From a virus, in IMG/VR virus record IMGVR_UViG_3300033146_005170, positions 10,015 through 74,014 of that record: a stretch of 64,000 bases of DNA, one strand, 5' to 3'. The notes beneath the pieces were generated by a model. That model saw nothing but the letters and a program-made list of their open reading frames with translations, was not told the origin of the DNA and ran no database searches. Each line of letters opens with the position of its first letter. Position 1 is the first letter of the stretch. Both the position numbers and the translations under genes were made by a program. Below, in pieces: positions 26,989 through 35,019 of this stretch.

Positions 26989-27273
26989 TTATTTCGACCA
27001 GTTAAAATCCGCCCCGGAATTCCAAAGCTCGAAATAAATACTGTCCAAATCGATGTTAAATCGTTTTGCCAATACCGGTAGGAAATCGTACCAGAAATAC
27101 ACGCCGCTTTCCGGCTTCAGTTCATCGAATATTGTTATCCCGACACAATAGAATCCGCTTTTGTGTTCCTCGATATTCAAGTCCATCAGTATAGATGAAA
27201 TTTTTCCCTTGCCCATTTTGAATTGGACGTCTGTTGTTTCGTATTCCATTTCGAATGGCACTGTCATTGTCAT
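26989..27273 (-). CDS. Hypothetical early protein
   Basis: ORF track; AAGGAG SD; CpG-rich codons; C-terminal FWYDF..L...F.ID.D.I.F.LW..G resembles 27899..28369. Confidence 0.65.
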   Translation of the reverse strand: MTMTVPFEMEYETTDVQFKMGKGKISSILMDLNIEEHKSGFYCVGITIFDELKPESGVYFWYDFLPVLAKRFNIDLDSIYFELWNSGADFNWSK

Positions 27274-27299
27274 TTCTAACTCCTTTTTTGATATATCAT

Positions 27300-27330
27300 A
27301 TTATAACACGAGTTTTATTAAAGGTTACCT
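27300..27330 (-). promoter_or_regulatory. Promoter AGGTAAC-N18-TATAAT (TG extended -10)
   Basis: Six-copy promoter family. Confidence 0.7.
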
Positions 27331-27344
27331 ATGGGATTTTACCG

Positions 27345-27437
27345 ATGCCCCTGGGATTGCCCTTGCCCAATACAAAAGGGGTTGCCATAGGTATTTACTA
27401 AATGCCTATGGGATTGCCATTGCCCAGTACAAAAGGG
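27345..27437. repeat. 36-bp imperfect direct repeat x2 (57-bp period)
   Basis: atgcc..tgggattgcc.ttgccca.tacaaaaggg at 27345 and 27402. Confidence 0.8.
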
Positions 27438-27596
27438 ATATTGGAGGAGAAAAGCAGAATTTCCCTTATGTCTTAAACTTATTAGGGAAAATAAAGCTAG
27501 ATGCGATAATATTACTAAATTATTTCATTAAGCTTTAAATTATATAAAAAGTATCCCAGAATTGCACTGGATTTGCTAAAAAATGTAGCAAATTTG

Positions 27597-27866
27597 CTAC
27601 ATTTTCTTTATTTCTTCTAAGAAATCTTCAGTAAATGCACTATTTGGTGCATCTGACTGCATCTTCTTTAAGAAAATAGCTGTTTTATACTTAAAAATCT
27701 CCATTTTTACCTTAGAAATTTCCAGTTTTCCTTGAGCTATATAGTCTATTGTGGCTACTATTTCACCTAATAGAATATGTGCCTCTCTTAAGTTATCACT
27801 GCTTTCTAGCTCAATATCAGCTAAAATTTTAGCTAAGATCAGCAACTTATTGTAATAATTCATCAT
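27597..27866 (-). CDS. Hypothetical early protein
   Basis: ORF track; AAGGAG SD. Confidence 0.65.
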   Translation of the reverse strand: MMNYYNKLLILAKILADIELESSDNLREAHILLGEIVATIDYIAQGKLEISKVKMEIFKYKTAIFLKKMQSDAPNSAFTEDFLEEIKKM

Positions 27867-27898
27867 CTATCTCCTTTAGATAGTAATGGCCTAAGCCA

Positions 27899-28369
27899 TT
27901 ACTTATATTGAGGGTAAAAACCCTCTAGCCAGAGTCTATATTTTAGGTCATCTTCATCAATTGAAGCTACTTTACTGAGCTTTGGAATATAGTCAAACCA
28001 AAAGTCAAACCAAAAGTCTTCATAGTTATCGAAACCTAAGTCATGCTTTATAGGATTTTTAGCTTTTTCTAAAGTAACCCCCATAAATTTATGGCTTTTA
28101 TTGCCCCAAGTAGCCTCTAGATTAAACAAAGGGCCTTTAAGATTCAAGTACATAACCTGGTCATAGTATTCTCCGGCGGTGTAAGTCCAACTGTGAAGCC
28201 ACTCTTCTTCATAAGTCCAGCTTCTGGGTTGTGGGGTATAGTTAAGAGATTGCAAAACACCATCTCTTACTAGTAATGAGCCTTCAAAAGTGAGAAAAGA
28301 TCCCGGAGGAAGCTCCGTCATGATCTCTTCGTACATGTAGCTTTCGCTTTTTGGGATGTAAAGTTCCAT
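27899..28369 (-). CDS. Hypothetical early protein (acidic, aromatic-rich)
   Basis: ORF track; AAGGAG SD. Confidence 0.65.
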   Translation of the reverse strand: MELYIPKSESYMYEEIMTELPPGSFLTFEGSLLVRDGVLQSLNYTPQPRSWTYEEEWLHSWTYTAGEYYDQVMYLNLKGPLFNLEATWGNKSHKFMGVTLEKAKNPIKHDLGFDNYEDFWFDFWFDYIPKLSKVASIDEDDLKYRLWLEGFYPQYK

Positions 28370-28404
28370 TTACGTCTCCTTAAGTTTGATTTGGTGTTGC
28401 CACC

Positions 28405-28893
28405 TCAATGACCTCGAAGAGAGGCCATCAAGCTAGTAATTTTACCTGACAAACAGCCATTTGCATAGTCTCTTATTTTGGGGTATCTAACCCCATAAGA
28501 TCTGATTGCTTTTCTAAGAAAATCCTGGCTATTTTCCCTAGCCACCATTATTCTTATTAAGCCCTTGTAATCTCCTTTGGCTTTCATATCCAGTAATTCT
28601 CTAAAAGCCATAACACTGTTCTCTTCCGGCTCTAGAGTACTAAGAATATAAATTATAGCATGATCTGCTATGGCTGGTTCTTTTATTACCCTTTCTAATA
28701 GGTCTGCTCTATATTCTTTGATTTCTGCTTTTGTCGGGTTTAGCTTAACCGCATACCCTCTAAAAGAATCTTTGAAACTCTTTAAATCTAGAGTAAAACC
28801 AGCAGGCACAATTGCCTGCTTTAGAATGTGTAATCTTGACAACTCATTTTTACATGTTGCCACTTCCCCATCGGGGAACAGTATCTTTACCAT
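28405..28893 (-). CDS. Hypothetical early protein
   Basis: ORF track; AAGGAG SD. Confidence 0.65.
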   Translation of the reverse strand: MVKILFPDGEVATCKNELSRLHILKQAIVPAGFTLDLKSFKDSFRGYAVKLNPTKAEIKEYRADLLERVIKEPAIADHAIIYILSTLEPEENSVMAFRELLDMKAKGDYKGLIRIMVARENSQDFLRKAIRSYGVRYPKIRDYANGCLSGKITSLMASLRGH

Positions 28894-29144
28894 TCTAGCT
28901 CCTTTTTTACACTAGTCAATTCTCTAGCTAGACAATTTTCTAGAGCTTCTTGTTGTGCCATATGCTTGCTTCTCAGGTCGGAGTTAACGTATTTAAAATA
29001 CGTACCATACTCCAGTTCTCCCCTAAAATCATACTTATGTACACTATACTCTCTGCCTTCCTTATCCCGGCAGACGTAATTAGGGGTTATACAGATTACT
29101 CTGTAACCCCTAGTTTCGAATTCTTTAATCATATCTTTAATCAT
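28887..29144 (-). CDS. Hypothetical early protein
   Basis: ORF track; preceded by the 18-mer motif and SD. Confidence 0.65.
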   Translation of the reverse strand: MIKDMIKEFETRGYRVICITPNYVCRDKEGREYSVHKYDFRGELEYGTYFKYVNSDLRSKHMAQQEALENCLARELTSVKKELEW

Positions 29145-29160
29145 AACTACTTCTCCTTTA

Positions 29161-29178
29161 TTCTCTCAGGCAACATCC
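29161..29178 (-). promoter_or_regulatory. Conserved 18-mer GGATGTTGCCTGAGAGAA directly 5' of SD (other copies at 30034, 30395, 30632, 30858)
   Basis: Five near-identical copies, each followed by (T/CT)AA(A)GGAG or AAAGCGAGG and a start codon. Confidence 0.8.
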
Positions 29179-29191
29179 AGTTAATTAGCTT

Positions 29192-29545
29192 TTAAAGCCA
29201 AGCAAAGTAGGTGTATCTCCTAATAAGGAATTCTTCAAACAGCGCAAAGTCTTCAGCTGACCAGGAGGCCTTTGTGCTTTTTCGCCATTGCTCATAACCT
29301 TTTCTAGTTACATAGCTACCGCCATAATCCCTTAAGATGGCAAAACCTACAACAGCCAGATTATCTAGCAGAAAATAGCCAGTTTCTTCTAGCCTAGTAT
29401 CAAAGTCATCTTCTCTAATAGCCGGTTGACTTTGCTCCTTTTCAATTTCTGCTTGTGGTAAGTAGAAGATAGCCGCTTCCATGGCTATCTTATACAACAA
29501 TATGCTCTTTCGGCTCTTTATACTTGACTTAAAACAAAACTGCAT
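29192..29545 (-). CDS. Hypothetical early protein
   Basis: ORF track. Confidence 0.6.
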   Translation of the reverse strand: MQFCFKSSIKSRKSILLYKIAMEAAIFYLPQAEIEKEQSQPAIREDDFDTRLEETGYFLLDNLAVVGFAILRDYGGSYVTRKGYEQWRKSTKASWSAEDFALFEEFLIRRYTYFAWL

Positions 29546-30015
29546 TACTTTTCCTCCTCTTCATATTCCTTCCTCACCTCGAGCCATGCCAGTTCTTCGA
29601 GCTTGAGCCATTTAGACCCAAGCTCGTCTTTACCGCAAACGGCCTTGTCATCCCAGATGCCGTTTGTTGAAGCTGCAGCAGCGTACTTTAGATCCCATCT
29701 AGAGTTATATTCAGCCGCTGTAGTTAGGCTAAACTTGTTATGGATTTTATGGCGCATCATAAAAAATATTAACATAAGACCCCAGGTTTTGTACGAAATA
29801 TTCGTAAACTCTTTTGCCGTAATGGTAGGGAAGTACAAATCCCTTTGCAGCCTTATAGGCTTGGTCTTCAGCTCGATCAAGCCCATTCTCAACAGCTGTT
29901 CTGCTGCCTCCTGTAAGTTCTCAGGAATTTTAGGAGCCAGCAGCTCCTTACACCTTTTGTCCAAAAGGCGAGCTGCTTGTTGCAGCTGCTCTTTTAATCT
30001 AGTATCAACTTCCAT
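29545..30015 (-). CDS. Hypothetical early protein
   Basis: ORF track; preceded by the 18-mer motif. Confidence 0.65.
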   Translation of the reverse strand: MEVDTRLKEQLQQAARLLDKRCKELLAPKIPENLQEAAEQLLRMGLIELKTKPIRLQRDLYFPTITAKEFTNISYKTWGLMLIFFMMRHKIHNKFSLTTAAEYNSRWDLKYAAAASTNGIWDDKAVCGKDELGSKWLKLEELAWLEVRKEYEEEEK

Positions 30016-30028
30016 AGTTGAATCCTCG

Positions 30029-30135
30029 CTTTATTCTTTCAGGCAACATCCAGTTATTGAGTGTTCATTAACACTATAGAGCACACTACAATAGTGTACT
30101 CTAACTGTTAATGATCAGGTAATATTTACCTGATC
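30029..30135. repeat. 107-bp direct repeat, copy 1 (two hairpins plus 18-mer)
   Basis: 106/107 identical to 30390..30496. Confidence 0.95.
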
Positions 30136-30380
30136 CTCTTTCCGTATAGGCTATGAAGCTCCGAGATGACTTCGTTAATCATCTCTTGTTTATGCTTGTA
30201 ATATCCGGTATTATCCGAATACTTAAACTGACCCTTGCTGTCATAAGTGACAGTCTTGGTCACTTCATAAGTTTCTGGCGAGAATGATATACGTATGATA
30301 TACGTGTCTCCGCTATTTACCTTCATTGCTCTCGTAATATCAAAAGATGTTTTGATGTTCAAGTTATGGGGGATTACCAT
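30126..30380 (-). CDS. Hypothetical early protein bracketed by the 107-bp repeats
   Basis: ORF track; SD from one repeat boundary, stop codon inside the other repeat. Confidence 0.65.
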   Translation of the reverse strand: MVIPHNLNIKTSFDITRAMKVNSGDTYIIRISFSPETYEVTKTVTYDSKGQFKYSDNTGYYKHKQEMINEVISELHSLYGKRIR

Positions 30381-30389
30381 TTCTTACTC

Positions 30390-30496
30390 CTTTATTCTTT
30401 CAGGCAACATCCAGTTATTGAGTGTTCATTAACACTATAGAGCACACTGCAATAGTGTACTCTAACTGTTAATGATCAGGTAATATTTACCTGATC
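30390..30496. repeat. 107-bp direct repeat, copy 2
   Basis: 106/107 identical to 30029..30135. Confidence 0.95.
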
Positions 30497-30615
30497 TTTC
30501 TCAGTACGTAATAAACCGTACTTTGTGAAACTGCCATATACTTGGCAATAATCGCTGCTTTTATTCCTCGGTGGTACATACGGCATATTAAGCCGTTCCT
30601 TTTTTGCTTTGACAT
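30487..30615 (-). CDS. 42-aa HTH protein, not in ORF track
   Basis: MSKQKRNGLICRMYHRGIKAAIIAKYMAVSQSTVYYVLRKIR: IA..M.VS.STVY..L HTH; AAGGAG SD. Confidence 0.75.
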   Translation of the reverse strand: MSKQKRNGLICRMYHRGIKAAIIAKYMAVSQSTVYYVLRKIR

Positions 30616-30661
30616 TAAACTGTCTCCTTTATTCTTTCAGGTAACATCCCGTAAAGGTTAA

Positions 30662-30751
30662 TTAGCGAAGGTAATTAACTACAAAGAATAAAACTATGGC
30701 ATAAAGCCATGTTGTTATAGCAGCTATAGTAACTATGTCTATTATCTTCAT
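30662..30751 (-). CDS. 29-aa membrane peptide, not in ORF track
   Basis: MKIIDIVTIAAITTWLYAIVLFFVVNYLR with GAGG SD. Confidence 0.55.
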   Translation of the reverse strand: MKIIDIVTIAAITTWLYAIVLFFVVNYLR

Positions 30752-30766
30752 AATAGGCCTCTCTTT

Positions 30767-30801
30767 ACTAAGACGCTAGTAACTCGTACTAGCGTCTTAG
30801 T
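30767..30801. other. Perfect 15-bp hairpin
   Basis: ACTAAGACGCTAGTA-actcg-TACTAGCGTCTTAGT. Confidence 0.8.
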
Positions 30802-31017
30802 GCTTACATTAAAGCTTTTTAGGTAATTAAACCATTCAGCCATGACTTTCTCCTTAGTTCTTTCAGGTAATATCCTATTAATACTTAGGCGGGTGCCATA
30901 CTTAATTATGTGTACACTGTATACACACTTATTAGTCCCCTGCTTCGCCCGGAAAATTTTTCAAATTCTCTAGAAGGGGCTACCACTAAATAAGCTTAAC
31001 ATTAGTATATAGGCATT

Positions 31018-32964
31018 ATGAATTTTTTACCAATAAATATGCAAAGATCTAATATAAAAACAGCTGTTAAACCTCCATATTCTGGATGGGTTTCTGAATA
31101 TGCGAGATTTATGGAACATTATCCGGATGTTGTAGATTGGATTGATAGTTTACCAGATGAAATTTTTCCCTTAAACGGTAAAGTTGCAAGTATCAAATAT
31201 GACTATATAAGTTTACTAGTAGCTGAGAGAACCATGCCAGATGTACATCATAAGGATAGAAAAAGGTTTAAGATTAGGTATGAGACTACTAGTCAAGGGT
31301 CATGTATGATTCTTATTGATGGATGGTGTACTTGGTGGATTGAAACTTTATTTCAAGATGACTGGTGTCAGTTCAGTACTAAAGCACACGCTGCAGCTGT
31401 AGGAGATTTAGATGTTTGGCTAGGAGATAGCCCTAATTTTAAATCTTTACGTCATGATAAAGTTAGTGTTCAAGCTAAAGCTCCAGAAGGAAATATGTAC
31501 AACACTGCTCTAGACTATGTAGTTGGAAATAGTCTTTGTCAAATAGAAGCATATAAAATAGTGCCAGATATTTGGACCATTCCTCTTGAACCAGCTATTA
31601 GTTATACTCTTAAACCTAATACAGTTCCTTGGTATAAATTTCCTCCAAGAAATAGTCTATATACCACTGCAGGTAATGCTACAGATATTTTTGAACAAGC
31701 TAGCTTTGATTTTAAATGTTTATTTGGTACTAAAGCTTTTTTACCATCTATTGGTAAATTTATAGAATTTTATTGGTATTTTCTGAATGAGTGGCGTGGA
31801 CCTTACTACTCTAGATTTAAGGGTATTTTTGAAGATTGTGTTTTTAATGCTTCTCAGGTAAATTGTACCAAAGCAATAAAATGTAACTTCTGGGATATTA
31901 ACAAAGCTGCTGATCCATATTATAAGATAAATTTTCAGACTGCCGAGGAGTCTACTTTTGCCACTAATTGGGCTAGTATTTTTGGTACTGGTCAGTTTAT
32001 AAATAGTTGTATACGTCAAGATCAAATAGATGTTAGCTATACAGATACAAAAGTAGAAGCTTGTTGGTTAGAGGATATCGATGGCTATGTAAGTGGAGAA
32101 TTAATTAGAGTAAAGGCTATTAAACTTAAAGTTGCAGGTGAACTAATACTAAAAGGAGCTAATATTGAAGATGGGGAATTAACAGGTTCTAAATTTGATA
32201 TTAGAGGCTTATACCTTAGAAATAGTTCAATACATACCTCTGGAGATATGCTACTTGATGATAGTCGCTTAATAGATAGCGTTGTCAATGCCAGTACAGG
32301 TGCCTATGCCATTAAAGGTTTAGGTATGGACAATAGTACTTTAAGTTTACAGACTGGAGCTATTTTAGAAAACAGTTCAGTAGTTGGAGGTAGTACCTTG
32401 CTACTTGGGCAAAATGTTGTTTTCAAAAGTAGTGCAGTGGCTAATGGAGGTACCTTAACCATTGGGGAAGGAACTCAGCTAGAAGGTTGTTTTTTATCAG
32501 TGGCTCAAAACACAACTGTAGTTGATAATATTACCCTTATAGGGGTTGATCTAGGTTTAAAAACTCATTGGGGTTATGCAGATGATATGGGAGGAGAGAT
32601 AACTCATATGGGATTAAGTAGACAAACTCAAGCTACTTATGGCATACCCGTTACAAGTATAAATCTTAATCAATGCATAATAAAACACTCAGATTATTGG
32701 GCTTTGACTTCTGGAGCTAGATCTGAATTTGAGCTTTTTAAAGACTATGTTTTAGCCTATGACAAGTTGCTTTATCCAAGTAGTGGAGGAACTAGTAATG
32801 AGGCCGAAAAACTTTGGGTAGCAAAAGACCAAATAAGTGATAGCACACTGCAAGAATTAAAAACTTTAGAAGTGAATATACTAGGTTGTGAAAAACATAA
32901 GTGGTGGTATCCAATAAGCTATCCTTATGATCTAAATACAATAGTTGATCCAAGGAGACCATAG
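31018..32964 (+). CDS. Hypothetical 648-aa protein with C-terminal beta-helix-like repeats
   Basis: Repeating (L/I)xNSx(I/L/V)-type units in the C-terminal half. Confidence 0.6.
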   Translation: MNFLPINMQRSNIKTAVKPPYSGWVSEYARFMEHYPDVVDWIDSLPDEIFPLNGKVASIKYDYISLLVAERTMPDVHHKDRKRFKIRYETTSQGSCMILIDGWCTWWIETLFQDDWCQFSTKAHAAAVGDLDVWLGDSPNFKSLRHDKVSVQAKAPEGNMYNTALDYVVGNSLCQIEAYKIVPDIWTIPLEPAISYTLKPNTVPWYKFPPRNSLYTTAGNATDIFEQASFDFKCLFGTKAFLPSIGKFIEFYWYFLNEWRGPYYSRFKGIFEDCVFNASQVNCTKAIKCNFWDINKAADPYYKINFQTAEESTFATNWASIFGTGQFINSCIRQDQIDVSYTDTKVEACWLEDIDGYVSGELIRVKAIKLKVAGELILKGANIEDGELTGSKFDIRGLYLRNSSIHTSGDMLLDDSRLIDSVVNASTGAYAIKGLGMDNSTLSLQTGAILENSSVVGGSTLLLGQNVVFKSSAVANGGTLTIGEGTQLEGCFLSVAQNTTVVDNITLIGVDLGLKTHWGYADDMGGEITHMGLSRQTQATYGIPVTSINLNQCIIKHSDYWALTSGARSEFELFKDYVLAYDKLLYPSSGGTSNEAEKLWVAKDQISDSTLQELKTLEVNILGCEKHKWWYPISYPYDLNTIVDPRRP

Positions 32965-33354
32965 ATGCTTATAGATGACAATATTTATAGAGCCTTGCTA
33001 AGAATAAAAAATAAACCAGAAACTGCAGATTTATTAGTTGATCCAGAGTGTAAAGAAGACTTATTAAGCCTGCTATTAGTAGACTCTGATTCTGATGAAT
33101 TTAGTTTGCAACAGGAATTTGAGTCCTCTTATAAACTAGTTAAAGACTATATTAACAATATGGATAAAATTACCAGTAAAGAGGATTTAGATGTTTTAAA
33201 AGAAGCTCAAAAGTTTTTGACTTTTTTATTACGGAATGAAGAAAAACTTGCTAGTGTTGAAGAGGTAAAGAGATTTAAGGAGACTGTTCTTGAGGCCTTA
33301 GACGCTGCCAGTCCTGAGTTGAGAGACCAAGTTATTGCTGGATTAGCTCAATGA
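32965..33354 (+). CDS. terS: Putative terminase small subunit
   Basis: Helical 129-aa ORF coupled (ATGA) to terL; positional call. Confidence 0.6.
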   Translation: MLIDDNIYRALLRIKNKPETADLLVDPECKEDLLSLLLVDSDSDEFSLQQEFESSYKLVKDYINNMDKITSKEDLDVLKEAQKFLTFLLRNEEKLASVEEVKRFKETVLEALDAASPELRDQVIAGLAQ

Positions 33355-34964
33355 ATCCGTATATTACTAACTTTAGGTCTGAACTTATGGGTCGATATGG
33401 TTTGTTAAGTCATGGGCAAAGTAATTCTGAATGGATTGAACAAAATACAAAGTTATCAGGTAGAAATTTTAGCTTTGAAGGGCATGAGTTTCAGAGACAG
33501 ATCTTAGATGATGAATGCCAACATCTGGTAGTGAAAAAGTGTTCTCAGGTAGGTTTGACTGAAGTTATTATACGTTGGGTATTGGCTTTTTTAGCTAGAA
33601 ATCAGGGTCTAACTACTATCATGACTCAGCCAACTAGAATGATGGCTTTAAATTTTTCCACTACTAGAGTTGATGAGATAATAAAAGAGTCGCCACTGTT
33701 GAATAATCTTTTAGATCGTAAAGTAGATAGTAAAGAGCTTAAAAAGCTAAGTAAATCATATTTGTATATAAAAGGAACTATAGGTAGCTCATCGGCTATT
33801 TCAGTGCCTGCTGATGCTATTATTACTGATGAATATGACTTTAGCGATATGGCCGTAGTAGGTAAATATAATTCTAGACTTTCACATTCAAAATATAAGA
33901 TAATAAAAAGGTTCTCTACGCCTACTATACCTGACTTTGGAGTAACTAAAGAATTTGAGCTCTCGACTAAAAATCAAAGGCTACAAAAGTGTCCAAGTTG
34001 CAATCATTGGAACAATCATGACTTTTTTAAGGATGTCAAGATATTTCATCCTAAGTTTTATGGTGTGCCAATTGACAATATTCAATTAGACGACCTATTA
34101 GAGATAGGTCCTGATCAAATAAAAATGCAGTGTCAAAAATGCGGTAGAGCCTTAGACTACACAGACTACACTGCTCAAGAGTGGGTTGAAGAACATCCAG
34201 GAAGATATATTCATGGTTATCAAGTTAGACCTTGGCATACTGAAACTCAGAAACCTTTTGATCTTCTTCGGTCTAGAGAAGACTATGAACTTTACTCTGA
34301 CTGGGTTAATTTTGGTTTAGGTGAGGATTATATTGATGCTAGTCAGATTTTTGATTTGAAAAAGATTACCGCTAGTAGCTTTCCTGTTTCTGACCATTTT
34401 GGGATGTTCTTAGGGATTGATTTTGGTAAGAAATGCTATTTAGCAATGGGCTTTCCTATTGACAATTCTATTATTATTTCTCTTTATGAAGAGCTTAGTG
34501 AAGATAATGTTAAAGCTAGGGTTAAAGAGTTAATTAGAAGCTATTATATTGCTGGTATGGTTTTAGATGCCTTACCTCAAACTAAGTTGTCTTCTGATAT
34601 TAGGAGTTTGCTACCTGGTAAGGCCTACACTGCTTACTACTCAGATAGTCAAAAAGATTATTTTGCCTTAAGAGCCAATAATAAAGATGTTTCTATAGCT
34701 AGAACTCAGCTCTATGATAAGGTTTTAGGTCTAGATGAGATTATTATAAATGACACTGCACAACTTGAAACCTTTAAAAAGCATATGCAAGGAATGATAA
34801 AACAAAGACTTAAAGACAATGAAGTTGAAGCTGTTAGATATGTAAAGGTAAAACCAGATCATTATTTACACGCTGTAGGATACTTAAAAACAGCTATAGA
34901 TATCTTTGGAGCGAGTCAATCTCATATTGTAAAGCCTACTGTAACCACGACTAAAATGCAGTAG
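33351..34964 (+). CDS. terL: Terminase large subunit (GpA-like)
   Basis: FQ..I.D, KCSQVGLTE Walker A, DEYD, STPT, two CxxC, GIDFG, DHYLHA. Confidence 0.93.
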   Translation: MNPYITNFRSELMGRYGLLSHGQSNSEWIEQNTKLSGRNFSFEGHEFQRQILDDECQHLVVKKCSQVGLTEVIIRWVLAFLARNQGLTTIMTQPTRMMALNFSTTRVDEIIKESPLLNNLLDRKVDSKELKKLSKSYLYIKGTIGSSSAISVPADAIITDEYDFSDMAVVGKYNSRLSHSKYKIIKRFSTPTIPDFGVTKEFELSTKNQRLQKCPSCNHWNNHDFFKDVKIFHPKFYGVPIDNIQLDDLLEIGPDQIKMQCQKCGRALDYTDYTAQEWVEEHPGRYIHGYQVRPWHTETQKPFDLLRSREDYELYSDWVNFGLGEDYIDASQIFDLKKITASSFPVSDHFGMFLGIDFGKKCYLAMGFPIDNSIIISLYEELSEDNVKARVKELIRSYYIAGMVLDALPQTKLSSDIRSLLPGKAYTAYYSDSQKDYFALRANNKDVSIARTQLYDKVLGLDEIIINDTAQLETFKKHMQGMIKQRLKDNEVEAVRYVKVKPDHYLHAVGYLKTAIDIFGASQSHIVKPTVTTTKMQ

Positions 34965-35019
34965 GCTGCCATTAATTTACTTTGTTTCATTATATAGCAA
35001 TAAATGTTAGGAGAGCCAG

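Noticed and set aside
27345-27437. Mini-CRISPR array (36-bp repeat, 21-bp spacer)
   Set aside because: Only two copies with four mismatches, a short spacer and no recognisable CRISPR repeat end motif
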